From Tubulanus polymorphus (lineage: Eukaryota > Animalia > Nemertea): a stretch of 64,000 bases of DNA. The position numbers and the translations under genes are program-made. Shown here one piece after another: positions 1 through 12,930 of the stretch. The notes under the pieces are model-generated. The model searched no databases. It had not been told where the DNA came from and saw only the letters and a list, made by a program, of their open reading frames with translations. Numbering within the stretch: position 1 is the first letter of the stretch; each line of letters starts with the position of its first letter. The stretch lies in the NCBI RefSeq assembly GCF_964204645.1, contig NC_134026.1, positions 13,576,050 to 13,640,049 of the forward strand, given 5' to 3'.

Positions 1-411
1 GAATTTGGGCCAAAATTGACATTTTTGGGCACTAAAAAGGTCATAGGACAGCCATCTTGAGTCAGATCGACCCAATTTTTCTTATGCTGATGGACCCTTG
101 GTAGATTCAAATATAAACGAAAGATCATGGTAATTGATTTAAGCGTCTTCAAAATCTCCCTCAAAAAGTGTAAAAAGTGCTGATTTTGACGAACAACAAT
201 GGCTGCCAGTCGGCCATCTTGATTCTGACAGGGCCAGTTTTTGGGCTGAAGATGTGTCTAGGGTAGATACATGTACAAACCAAATATCAAGACATTACCT
301 TGAAGCGTCTTCAAAACTTCCCAAAATAACTGGATTCCGCCTACGGACGGACGACGGATGAAAAGTGAACGCAATAGCCCGCTGGGACTAAAGTCCCATG
401 TGGGCTAAAAA
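1..411 (+). mobile_element. 3' part of pearl/HINE-like modular repeat (family 1)
   Basis: Aligns by eye to 26300-26625 and 39190-39375. Ends with (ACGG)n, a palindrome (TAGCCC-GCTGGGACT-AA-AGTCCCA-TGTGGGCTA) and an A-tract. Confidence 0.65.
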
Positions 412-921
412 GTTAAGATGGTATAGGCTATGTGGCAATAATGTTCATTTTCTGGTAAAATATCTTTACACGAAAAGACAAGCACAATTTGTTCAGAAAT
501 CTAACCTGCCCCAATCACCATCAGGGGGACATAATGAAAGGTGATCTGAAGTAGTCATAGGATATCGTGTGACCTTAAAACTTTGCCAAGGGGCTTATCA
601 TCCCATCAACTACATCTGCAAAACTTTCATTTCCATCAATTCTGCTTCATTTATAAGTTTATCTGACATTATCTTTTTCATGTATCAAACATCCAAGAAA
701 ATAAATATGGCCATCAGTCGGCCATCTTGGATCCAATCACAAAATAAATGCAGATGCACAACCACATATCCAGATTAACATACGTGTTAAGTTACAAGAA
801 GAGAAAGCCAGTAGTTTACGAGATCTTCGGACAAGATTGTGTCCATGGATGGACGACAACACGCAGGACAACCTGACTCCAGTATACTCCCTACACTTTA
901 TTGTGGGGGGCAGAGCCGTAT

Positions 922-1066
922 TATAAACCAAGCTGCAACATCTCCTTTAAGTAAATGATATTTATGTTAATTGACAGAATTTTCGGTCCACCAAACAGCT
1001 TAAAATAATGTCATAAAGAAACATCCACAGACAGACAGACACAGAGACACAGATACAGATACAGAT
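922..1066 (+). repeat. 3' fragment of HINE-like family 2 with (GACA)n
   Basis: TAAACCAAGCTGCA...GTCATAAAGAAACATCCACAGAC is shared with 19845-19970 and 45498-45615. Confidence 0.65.
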
Positions 1067-1189
1067 AAACTGTTATCAATTTGAATAATGACGGTATACT
1101 GGGGCTTTAAAAAATTGAATTTCAAATAGACCCAGGTTCAATTTGAAATTGTGCGATAAGATCTTATTTACAGGAGTATATTTACTTAC

Positions 1190-1360
1190 CCATTTCATAT
1201 AACTGTTGAATATTTCATCATGTTTCTCATGATGATCGAATGCCTTTTTCTCAATAGTAAGCACCGTGCGATTTGTGTTGTTAGAATCTCTATATACAAG
1301 TTTTGATAGTTCATTCCTTTTATTCAGTGTGCTGTGCATCACAGTTTTTTCTGTTAATCT
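1190..1360 (-). CDS. INPP5A: INPP5A-like exon D (171 nt, phase 0-0)
   Basis: Borders cttttcttcttatag|AGA...TGG|gtaagt. Translates RLTEKTVMHSTLNKRNELSKLVYRDSNNTNRTVLTIEKKAFDHHEKHDEIFNSYMKW, resembling the KLIFR...EKKLFD region of INPP5A. Phase continues exon C. Confidence 0.85.
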
Positions 1361-1682
1361 CTATAAGAAGAAAAGGCAAGAATATTCATTTGCAGTGCAT
1401 GTTATATACCAAAGGACCCAATGATGGGACCCAAGGCCCTTATTCCCCAACACTTGAATGTAAAATTTCAAGGAAAATGCAGTCAATGATAAGGTTTTTA
1501 GACAGGGCCCATAGTAGTAAGGCTCAGGTTTTAATAAGCACTTATAAGCACCATTTCAAAACCCAAGATAAGCACTTACAAGCGCAATCCTGTAGATGCC
1601 TCAGTGCAGATCACATCCAAAGTAGCCATTTAAACACCCGCGTGTATGGGCGGCCATCCCCGCCAAACAGACTCTAAAGTCA

Positions 1683-1905
1683 TCACGTGAAGGATAAATC
1701 CATAACGTGAAGTACAATGTAGTAACGTGAAGGATAAACTCATAACGTGAAGGATAATGTCATGACATGAAGGATCAACCTTAAATCTAATGGGAAGGAT
1801 AAACCCATAACGTGAAGTATAATGTTGTAACGTGAAGGATCAACTCATAATGTGAAGTATAATGTCATGACGTGAAGGATCAACTCACGTCATCAAGGAT
1901 AAACC
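1683..1905. repeat. ~20-bp degenerate minisatellite
   Basis: Recurring unit close to CATAACGTGAAGGATAAACT, about 10 copies. Confidence 0.85.
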
Positions 1906-1949
1906 TATTATGTCAACAGATGGCGTGCCGGTCGGAAATACAGGTTTAT

Positions 1950-3935
1950 ATACAACATAAGTTACAAAATTACAAGTGCTAAATTCAAAGCTATTTACAA
2001 ACCAAGTATTTAATAACAAGCTAATTATTTGAATACATTTAGGATAAAGGATGAGCCGTTTTGGAATAATTGTTGATTTAAAGAGGGTCGTTGCGCTTTA
2101 ATAAACAGGGCCTCCCTAATTCTACAGTCCAGATCAGATAAACCTTTGTCTAGAATTTTGAATTAGTTGTCACTGAATTCCTGATTAAAGAACACTGATC
2201 TGTGGTCTTTAATCCTGATGGCCAAATGTCGTTTAGTTTTCCCAATATAGGAAGTGTTAATATCACATAAACAATTAAATTTATATATGACTTTAGCCTT
2301 CAGCGATTTAGGGGTAGCACATTTCAAAGAGAAACAATTTCTTAATTTTGGTAGTTGTGAATGCGCATTTCCAGTTGATTTCAAAATTTCTTTTAAATAG
2401 ATATTTTAATTTTCGGGCAAATAGGATTGAAGGGTAACCAATATATGGTAACGAAATGAATAGATCATCTTCATCAACAGGTTTCGGTTTAGGTTAGGGG
2501 TTCTGTTTTCATTTCAAAAATCTATTGATACATTGATCGATGACATGAATGGGAAACGCATCAGATCTAAAATCGTTGAAGTAGGCCTGTGTTGGAAGCT
2601 TTCCTGTACACTCGAGATATTAAGTCACTTACGGTTTCTAACGGAATTTGTATTTCGGTATCAAGAAAAGGTAATAGATTAGGACCCAGTTCAAAAGTGA
2701 ATTTCAGGTTAGAATGGAGGCGATTCAATTCTTCAAAAAATAGTCTATAAGTGGATTCATTTTGAAATATGCCAAAAATATCATCCACGTATCTCAGGTT
2801 TAATGTCGGTTTGTAATTAGTTTTGGAGAGGAGCAAGTTTTCAAAATGGGCAAGACAAAAGTTAGCTAAGGTTGGACCTAAGGGGCTGCCTATGGTGACC
2901 CCATCGTTATATTCAGCAGTGTCAATCATTGAGACAACGGGTCGAAATGGAAAATTATCTTTATGAACTTGGCACAAACCATATAATTTACCAGGTTGGC
3001 TTCCACTTGGGTAGATAGACTCAAATATTTCTGAACTTACATACTGTTTCACATGTTTTCTTAGAAATCCACAGATTTTGGTTTCATTAGATATGACAGG
3101 ATGATTTTTTCTCACATTTTTGATTTCAGTAAATTTACTTTTGTCAAATACAATCTTATCTAATTTATCAAAATATTCGTTAGAGTCCAAAATAACAATG
3201 CCGTTGCCGTTGTCAAACCAGCAGATCTTAATGTCCTTTTTTTTCCTAAGTTTTTCAATCGTACTGTAGAAACGTCGGTTCCAGGTCGAGCCACTGACTG
3301 ATTTAGCTTTGTTGATGAAAGAGATGGTGGCATGTCTAATGCTTTCAAGGAAAGAGTTGTTCACATTCGGTTTGCCGCCAGATATAGTCCTTTCTGAAAA
3401 TTGTGATGTTTTAAGCCATAACGTAGTATCTCAGTTTCTTCTAAGGATAGCTGATATTTCGATCTATTGATTAAACAATCCGGTGCTGGGTGACGCTGAT
3501 CTTTCCACAAGTTTAAAAGCTTGGGTTCATGACGTTGCTGTGTGTCCGAAGTTAGTTTCCTACCTGTCGGTTAAGTCCGCTTTAACATTTTCGATTTGAC
3601 TCTTCAGGATTTCGAGTTTGAGATTATCATTACTTGCATACGCTCTCAGTTTTGGAGGTTTGAATAATAAAAACTTCGGGCAGATTCGTAATTCCGTGCA
3701 TCTTTGAAAGTAAGATAAATCCAAGCGTAGTTAAAACCATTTGAGATATAGTTTTTCACATTTGCAAAAGTCTTTGACGTAGACATCTCTCTGTTTCGCA
3801 CAGTAAAAGTAGATCTTAGGAAGAGAGTTCAAGTATCCGAATAACCAGATAACACTAAAATCCTCATTTTCTAATGAGTAAAGACAGTATTGACACGAAC
3901 GTTTTCGGGATCATATCCCCTCATCAGGTGAAATG
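1950..3935 (-). mobile_element. Penelope-like retroelement (PLE), degenerate RT + GIY-YIG endonuclease
   Basis: ORF 2567-3364 has RT motifs (PFRPVVS, GSPLGPTLAN, RYVDD, LPFLD). ORF 2163-2384 has GIY-YIG (VIYKFNC..C...YIGKTKRHL..RIKDH). Hammerhead core at the 5' end. Confidence 0.9.
3894..3930 (-). ncRNA. Minimal type I hammerhead ribozyme (PLE-associated)
   Basis: Minus strand reads CAC-CTGATGA-G-GGGAT-ATG-ATCCC-GAAA-ACGT-TC-GTG: conserved core, 5-bp stem II, palindromic ACGT in place of stem III, and CAC/GTG stem I. Confidence 0.75.
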
Positions 3936-5582
3936 CAAGTGAATCAAATGATTAAACTAAACGAATTTATTGATATCATGTAATTCTAGTATAGATAGCT
4001 CTGAACTGATCTGAACAGGGAAGCACTCACCTGACAAGTGTCTGTGAAAAATACCCAAAACCTTTATATTGAAATTCTGTATTAGTATATAAGCTGCTTT
4101 ACAGCGATCGATTAAGCATAACACAGTGAGCAGGACATGTCATATCTAAATCCATGAATACACACTGAATAGAAAACTTAAATAAAAAGATAAACCCTAA
4201 CCTCATAATTCAGGAAAACACAGGTTAACAAGTACAATAAAGATATACATGAATAATGAAAATTGCGCATAACATACCCGCCCCTGATTTCGGGACAATA
4301 CGAATTACAGATTAATGATAGAGCGCAATTAAGTTACAATTAAGTTTCAACTTCAGATTCGGGCATTACCATTTTTGTCATTGATAACGTTAACTATTTA
4401 CCTAATGACCAAGAACCTCTGATTTTGCTGTCCACAATGAGTACGATGTCGCCTACGGAGATAATTCTACGTGGCTTTAACCACTTAGCCCTTTCCTGTA
4501 GCAAAGGCAAGTATTCGTGTGACCATTTCTACCAAGATACGTCTGCTATAAACTGTACTTGCTTCCATCTTTTTCTAGCATAATTGTCAGATTCAGTGAA
4601 AACACCTGGTGGAAACAAAGTCGTGGGCTGTAAAACAAGGATATCATATGGTGACAAGGGTGTCAATTCATTCAGGTCATCTGAGACTTTTGTTATCGGT
4701 CAAAATAAATGCGATCTCGCGGAATAACGTGCCGATTCCCTCATCGTCGAAGCAATAAACTCGCTCTTTTAGAAGCGAAAACATCAATCTTCTCACCGAA
4801 CGGATTAACCTTTCCCAAACTCCACCAAAGTGGAAAGCATTGGGTGGATTGAAGTGCCACTCTACCTTGATTTGGGCTAATTTTTCTTTTAATACTGACT
4901 GATTCCATCCGTCTATTTCTATACAAAATTCTTTCTCCGAACTTACAAGATTGGTACTGTTATCCGAGTGCAGAGAATTTACGCTACCATGTCGTGCTCT
5001 GAATCTACTAATACGGTTGATACAGGAATCCATATCAAGTGATGCAACTTCCAAATGTATAGCTCTGGAAGATAAGCAAGTGAAAAGTACTCCATATCGT
5101 TTTACTTATGTGCAACCCCTTTTTAATTTAAACGGTCCAAATAAATCCACACCTGTATGCGTGAAGGGTGGGTCTACAGCTAATCTTTCAGGTGGTAGAT
5201 TTGCCATTTTTTGCTCATTACATCTTGATACAATTAACGCACGATGACTTAAGTTTTCTTAGAAAACGGTTGGCTCCTATGACCAAATAGTTCTGCCGTA
5301 GATGCGATAGGACTGCACTGATTTCCAGATGTCCGACAGTATGCAGAAATCGATCCGTTTTTGTTCAGTGGCTTTCCAGCACAGGAAATCCTTTACTCAA
5401 ATGAAATGAGTGACAAAACGTCTTAATTTTTCCCATCTTGAACAATAGCTCATAAGTTTTCCAAGAGCATTTTCTGGCGTGTCATCAGCGAAAGCAGTTC
5501 ACGTCACCTTCTTTAATTCACTATCATCGCATCTATATTTGTTTGCAAACTTAGGTCCACTGGCCACTCTGACTCCTGTTTA

Positions 5583-8147
5583 CAGTGGCGCTGGAAGCAT
5601 TTTTTTATTGCCACGGCCAATTGCTGATTTTTGACAGGTTCTTGAGGGGCATATAAGAATTGAAAAAGGTGGTGAAATTTCCATTCATTTTAGTTGTTTT
5701 TAGATTAAAAAATAAAATACCTAGGTCACAAATAAATCTCAAAATTTATTCGCTTTTTTGTATCATTTCAAATTTTTATTCAGAATTTACCAAACACTGA
5801 TAACCTGCGCTCAGAATCACGAAATCATTTGCAATTGTTTTTAAATCCAGCTTGTCACAGAGTTCACAATGCACATGAAGTAACATCATGTGATTTAATC
5901 GTTCTTGTGTCATGGTGGTTCTAAGGAATGATTTAACGTTTTTCAATGCACTGAACGATCGTTTGCTCACAGCATTTGTAGCGGGCATCATAAGAACGAG
6001 GTTCATTAGTTTCGCAACCTCAGCCAATAATGCAAGCTGTCCAGATGATAGCTGCCTGAAATATGCAATGAGATCAGTGATGGAACTCATTTCGATATCC
6101 GCACAATTCACTTTTAATATCTCCAACTGACAGTGAAGACAATCTTTGTTGAAGTCGTCATGATAAAAGTCGATAACAGCGTTAAAATCCTGAGAAGCGT
6201 TTTCGCAACACACCGTTTTTAACATCAGTGACTCTAAATGTTTGTATATATTGTATCACGGCTGATCAAAGCAATTATGCATCCCGCTTATTTCTAAGTC
6301 CAATGCCTCGATGTATATTTGGCGATAATGTGACTCAACCTTGGTGTGGAATTCTGGGGCTGCATCCCCATCTGCATATCGTTTTGGTCGTTTCGCTCTA
6401 CGTGGCAACCTTGGTTCACAGACACTGAGGCGAGACAAATCCATCGTTAGTAAATCCCAGAATAGTTTGAAGCTCTCGGAACTGCGCATAGATTCAAGAG
6501 TTTTTATTGTCATCGCAGCTGTAGCTTGACCCTCAGCGGCAGATATTTTGGTTTTCTGCGATGCTCTGCTCAAATTATCGCAATTATTTAGTATGAGATA
6601 ACTCAATTTTATCCCAAAGAGATAATCAGAACTGTCCATATACGTAGAAACGCCACGTATACACGCTTGCATGTCCGATTCTTTTACGTAATCAAGGGAA
6701 AAATCCGATAGCTCTTCAGAGTTTCATAATTACTTAAAATGCTGTTGAATGCACTAGCTTTAATGGACCACCTCCTAGACACAGTACTCGTATCCCTGGT
6801 TCATCGGGCGATATTTCTTCTTTAATTCCTTTAGTATCTAATGCATCCCGCATAACTTTCGATATTTTCATCATATCACTGCATGCTAAGTTAAGTGCAT
6901 GCTCATAGCAGTGGGTAAATATCGCTCGTTTTTCAAGGTCCGACAGTTTTTTAGCCACTCCATTCTGGAAACCAATAATAGCACTCGCAACACAATCATA
7001 ACACTGGCCATGCATTTTATTTACCGATAAGTTCATACGCAATAAAATATCCTGTATGGCTCGAAATATTGTCTCAGATTCTATGTTTTCAGTTGCATGT
7101 AAACCAACAAAATCCTCATGGACTTGAAAATCGTCCGACACCCATCGAAAGCAGAGAACTATTTGTTCGATATTTGCAGCATCAGTTATTTCGTCAACAA
7201 TCACAGTATAAAATTCGGCATTCTGAAGCGACGCCGCAATCTGCTGCAAAACTTTCAAAGCCATGATTTTTAGCACCTGCATCTCATTTTGAATAGGTGC
7301 TGACATATATTTTTCAGTTTTTTTCTTAAGCCAGTTAACGATTCTATCGTCATCGTAACCTTGTGTTTTGAATAACTGGAGGAAATTTGATATGTCCTCT
7401 ATATGTCCACGGATAGGGATTGACTGGCAGGTCAAAAACTTTAAAGCTCCAAAAATTTTTAGAAGCATGCCCCTGTTGTTCTCCTTTTCTTCAATAAGTG
7501 CTGACTGTAGTAGTTCGGATACATCTTTAGTTTTCCGCGGGAGCTCGGTTGTCATCAGAACTGCATCCTTGTGGCAGAGAGATTGTCCTGCAGTTTAAAT
7601 TTAACGCAAGCATCTTTCCAGTTGGTGTATCCTTTCGAAATGAATAATAAGTCAGCTTTCGTAGAATTCAGATTTTTCTCCTTATACGCAGTCACACACA
7701 CATGGCAAAAAACTACGTCTTCGTTCTCAACGTAGTGTAGCCACTTAAACTGTTCAAACCAGTGAAACTTAAAAGCGCATTGAACAACGTTCCAAAATCA
7801 CATTTTGGAAAAATAAAGCTTTCCATAAGTCGAATTGCCTATATCTGGTTACTTTTGACAGTGACGTTGCTAGTTTCGTACATAATGAGTAGCTGGGTAG
7901 GACACAGATCTTTGTATTCATGTCTTTCAAAAATCACTAATTAGCCAGGCGCTTCTAAATGAATCACTGCGGATCTGTGATATAGAGCCACTAATCGTCC
8001 AAAAGTCAACAGTCGCCCAATTGTGTTTTAATTTGACTATAACAATCGTGGAAGTGAGATGGAGAGTGTGACTAGAGGACTATACAAGCCAGTGACAAAG
8101 GCACTTGAATCACCAGCATTGACGAAATCATAAATTTGCCGTGCCGC
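5583..8147 (-). mobile_element. hAT DNA transposon, ZMYM1-like transposase pseudogene, inside BEL-1
   Basis: Terminus CAGTGGCGCTGGAAGC at 5583. Frameshifted ORFs 6734-7555 (DEITD, GQCYD, HCYEHALNL), 6256-6672 and 5776-6225 (dimerisation domain PATNA.S.RSFSALK..K.FLRTTMTQERLNHMMLLHVH). The other TIR is not found. Confidence 0.88.
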
Positions 8148-8368
8148 GGTAACATATAAATCAGTGATATGTTGCCGTAATGCAAATCTCCATTGTACAG
8201 GAGATGTCACCTTTCAGATAAGTGATATTCGATTTGCGACAATCGTTTTGAATCTGCTTTCATTTCTGATATATTTCAATACTGACACACTATCACTCCA
8301 AAAGAAGCTTTCATTGAACTTCAGATCTACTTCCCTCCTCAGCTGAATTGAGTTCCAAACGTGGAATA

Positions 8369-8993
8369 CAGTAGAACTCGCTCACCTCGGAATTGTTCAC
8401 CTTGGAATTTTGCTTGCCTCAGAAAAATAAAAAATCATTTTTCATTTGAAACTATTTTTCAATGAAAAAATATGAGTCTTGCTCGGAATTGCCCTCCTTG
8501 CATATTTGTTTAACTCGGAATGATTACCGTGGGAAAAACATAATTTTCTTTGCTCACATCGGAAAACTTTAACGACCTTCCGCGTTTTTTACCTATTGAG
8601 ACATTTTTTTACTGATGATCTATGCAATACATTTATCCCGACAGTTTATTGATTTTGAAGTGTTACCGTAAATCTAAACAAATGGCGCAATCTATTGGAG
8701 AAAATAGAAAGTATATATAGCCAGGAAATCAAATCATGTATGTTTAAAAGGAACTTGGCTGGATTAAACTTTACTTGTGTGAAAATGTAAAGCTTTCATT
8801 GGTTATTTGTTCTAATATGTATTATAACATCGGAATTTACACGCTTTATTGCAACAAGACATACATACATGAAACATAGAGGAAATAATGTCTTTGAAAA
8901 TATTCATTTCTCTTTCTGCTCCTGCCTCGGAATTCATCTACCTTGGAAAATATTTAACGGTCCCACGAGCACCGAGGTAAGCAAGTTTTACAG
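8369..8993. mobile_element. pogo/Tigger-type MITE with TA target duplication
   Basis: TIRs CAGTAGAACTCGCTCACCTCGG / CCGAGGTAAGCAAGTTTTACAG flanked by TA. Removal restores BEL RNase H motif VAPLKKVT-IPRLEL. Confidence 0.85.
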
Positions 8994-11900
8994 TAGTTAC
9001 TTTTTTAAGTGGTGCAACACACAATTTTCCCATAAATAATTGACAATGAATATCGCCACTTTCATTCACCGCTCTCAAATACATTGCAGTTCCATATCCG
9101 ATCTCACTTGCATCAGAGAAATAGTTGATTTGCTTTGAGATAACGCTTCCAAAATCAGGTGGTTTGATACAACAAGGTACCGACAAATTTTCCAGTTGTG
9201 GGATATCTTCCTGCCAGTGTTTCCATTTAACTAACAAATCACCCGTTATTTCCATATCTCAAACTAGACCACTCTTACACATCTCCTGTAACAGCTCTTT
9301 TCCAGGGAGAATATGTATATAGTATTTCACGTCGAGAGGAAGATTTGTCTTTGATAGAAACTATGAAACCGAATCTATCAGAATCCAATATCCAAGTCAC
9401 CCCCAAAGCTCTCTGACATGCTTGATCGGTTTCAGCTCGTTCCGACGTAGGCAGCTTCCACGACTTCTGGTTCATTACTGCACCAGCCAGTCATTCTTAA
9501 ACCTCCTTTAGCGCAGATAGATGTAATCCCTCGTATTAACCTTATCCCATCTGACACAGATTCTTCACTCCGCAAACAATCATTCACGTAGAAACATCAT
9601 GTGACTGCATCCAGAACATCACTGTCATACTCATCAGCGAAATCCAAGGCCGTCTGACAAAGAGCTGTGTTGGAACAACTAGGCGATGAAACTGCACTAA
9701 ACAGGTGAACTGTCGTACGGAAAATCTGAGGTTTGGAGTCTAAATGGCTATCAGGCCACCAATAAAATCTTAAACAACCTGGACCTGATAGAACAGCTTC
9801 TCTACATCGCCTATTATAGCTACATTTTCCATTCTGAATCGAAGCAGTACGCCAGTAGCTTGCTGGTCAAATCGGGACCCGGGAGCAATACATCGTTCGA
9901 TTAAACCAACATTTAAGCGTGCCGTGCAGTCAAAGACAACTCTTATTTTTTTCTTCCGTGCTTGGTAGAGGCCATGATTTGGTATGTACCAGACCCATCC
10001 ATCATCACCTCTTTCTCAGGAACTAACTCCGCGTAACCTCTCATTAAGATCGTTGCCATAAAATTATCATAGTCAGCTTTAGACTTCGGTTGATCTCATT
10101 ACTTTATTCAAAGCTTTTTAATCTTTTCAAAGCGAGATACTTATTGCCTGGTAATTTTATATCATCATCTCTTTATGGCAAGTCAATAATTTAATGGCCT
10201 TCTTTAAGTCGAATAGAACGATTAACCTTTTTAAGAAATGCCATATCATTCTGCAAATTTTCTGCATTCTCCTCCAAGACTCACTCCTGAAAATCAAAAT
10301 TCATTGCCTGTCTAACCATCTGATCCAGGTTCTGTAACTCCTTACAGTCAGAAATCATATGGGCATCTATAGCGTATTATAAGTCAACTTGTTGTTAGAT
10401 GAGGCCATTTTGTAGGTCCTCGGGTAACGGTATCTGCAACCTCGACACTGGAATAATTGGTTTCGTATAAGTAGTTGGTAAATCAATGAAGGCTTTTACG
10501 TTGAAATCGACAATTTGTTGAAATCAATTTTTTTTTTTCCAGTAATACCTAATTTCTGCATGAGAGAAGCTGAACAAAAGGAAACATTGCTTCTGGTGTC
10601 CATGAAAGCATATGTTTCCACTAGTCCAGTGCAACCATTAATATGAACAGGAATTACTGCCATCTTGTGATTAGACTTCCCTTCATCATACTCCGAGAAT
10701 GCATTAACCTTCGGTACTGCTGAAAACTGTTGAGGAATCAATGAAGTTGCCAGTTGATTTAATCGTTCGATGTGAAGTATTGTTGGATGTAGTTTCTGAC
10801 ACTTTTTACAAACAAATCTTTTAGTACAGAAGCGACTGATGTAACATTCACCTAGGCAACAAAAACAGCGTGAACTAGTTTTATAAGAAGTTATTCTTTT
10901 CTTTAAATGAGCATTCTTCAAACTTCTTGCAGCAACTAAGGCCATGATCTGAACCTTTACAGTAGGTACAAGTCTTCGAATCGCCGCCAAATCCCGAACT
11001 TCGGATACTATCTTGCGTCTTATCGTAGGTAAATTTACTACTCATTCTAGCTTTCATCAAACTGAAAAACATCAGCTTCCTCCTGCTACAATGAACTGAC
11101 TGCCCAGTGTCTCTTTTTTGCATGGCAATCTTTCGCCATCTATTGTGAAGGAGCGGTGGCAACTTAGCGATTAGACGTTTCAAGTATATATTACGGATAT
11201 TCGAGTATTCTTACCGCATTTTCGTACTACACCGGAAATATAGGGAACTCATCTGACCTTTTCGGATCAACTGCCTTGACATCAGGCCATTGCAGAGCTT
11301 TTGAAATAAATGCCTGGGCTATAAGCTGAGGATCCCTGTATCTTTCTTTCAACTCTCGCATGGCTGATTCAAATCCATAAGCACTAGACAACTGAAACCA
11401 GTCATGATTCTGTTGGCTTCGTCAATGGTAAACTGTTCAAGATAATTCAATATTTCATCATAGTTATCAGATATTTGAATAACCATAACTTTGAACTGAC
11501 GCATAATTCTATTGTATTCCAGGGGACTACCACTAAACTTCTTAATGTCTACCGTAGGTTTTTTTTAAACACCATTGTCGACATCCATGCTGATCCATCT
11601 GCGAATTCATACACTGGTTGTTCACAACCCTGTTCGTGTATCTTGGTCGACACCATAGGCCGACAGGTGATGAGAGGCTGTGATAGCGGATTCAATTCCC
11701 CGTAACTGAACCAGTTTCCGCGATATTCAGAGGATCAAAGTTTTCACCTAGACTTTCTAACACCTTAGATCGAGCACCTGCTACTGCTAACTCTGTATTT
11801 ATCCCTAGGGCCTCTTCCTCCTGTTTCGGGCAAAACTTCATTTCATCCAAAGCCTGCTTTTGCTTTTTCTTTAGTGCCTCTGCCCGGGTAGTGAGCTAAG

Positions 11901-12930
11901 CAATGCGTTGGGCTTCTTTAATCTTTGCAGACATAATTGAACTACCGATCGAAGACTGCTGTGAACGGGAATCGAATGAATTATCCGCTACATTAAATTG
12001 TCATTAAATTTCCCTAAATATGCCTGGCATTCTAAATAATCATAGCACTTGCACAGATCATCATGATACTGATAAAACATCCCTATCAGAGAGAGCCATC
12101 GTTTATTCTGTTATTCTGAGGTTCAATGACATCACTTCTACAATCAGGGTCCATCTACATAGATTGAAGTAAATTTGTCTTTCTTTGAAGCTCCGAATAT
12201 TCACTTTCTAATCTCTTCTCTAACGTGTCGATAGTATAACTGCGACCCTTTTCAGTAAAATTCTTCTTCCTTTTACCTCGCCCCAACGATTCAGCTTTTT
12301 CAGTGATGTCTTCTCCAGTCTCCACTATCTTGATTCATCTTCTAACTCATAAATGATGTGGTAACCGACAACCAAACAACACTTAATTGACAATCTTCAT
12401 ATCCATTATCATAAATACGTTTTATTATTCTTGTTGAAACAATTAATTACAATAGAAACAAACAAAAATACAATAACTCTCAGTTGTAAACATTTCTAAA
12501 TAATAATCAAAATATGAAAAACAGTACAGATTAACACTCAACGAGTTTATGGAACAGGAACAGGAACAGGAAAGCACCCACATGACAAGTGTCTGAAAGA
12601 TACCTTTATATTGAAATTCTGTATTAGTATATAAGCTGCTTTACAGCGATCAGGATATGTTAACTCTAAATCTATGTATACACACTGAATAGAGAACTAA
12701 ATAAAAAGATAAACCCTAACCTCATAATTAAAACACAGGTTAACAAGTACAATAAAGATATACATCGATAATGAGAATTGTGGATAACAAAGCATTAATA
12801 CTGATTTATAAGTACCGCTACAGACCCTGTTAGAGGCGACTTCTCAAAATTACGTCATGAATTGACCGGGAAATTACATGATGCGGGTCAGCTACAGAAA
12901 GGACCTCACTGCCCAGAATAATCTAAGTCA

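Larger units (their letters stand above)
4012..12789 (-). mobile_element. BEL/Pao LTR retrotransposon 1 (decayed, with nested insertions)
   Basis: Diverged direct LTRs at ~4012-4274 and ~12550-12789; PPT GGGGCGGGTA next to 4274. Integrase 4330-5250 (SDN..N, PHFGGVWER), RNase H 8180-9250, RT 9250-10000, protease (FMDTRSNVSF) and Cys/His gag knuckles 10500-11000. No TSD recognisable. Confidence 0.88.

Noticed and set aside
1683-1905. CRISPR-like array
   Set aside because: Contiguous tandem units without unique spacers, no cas genes, and a eukaryotic intron context.
5776-7555. Host ZMYM1 gene
   Set aside because: Intronless, frameshifted, TIR-bordered and nested in a retrotransposon, so it is a hAT transposase relic.
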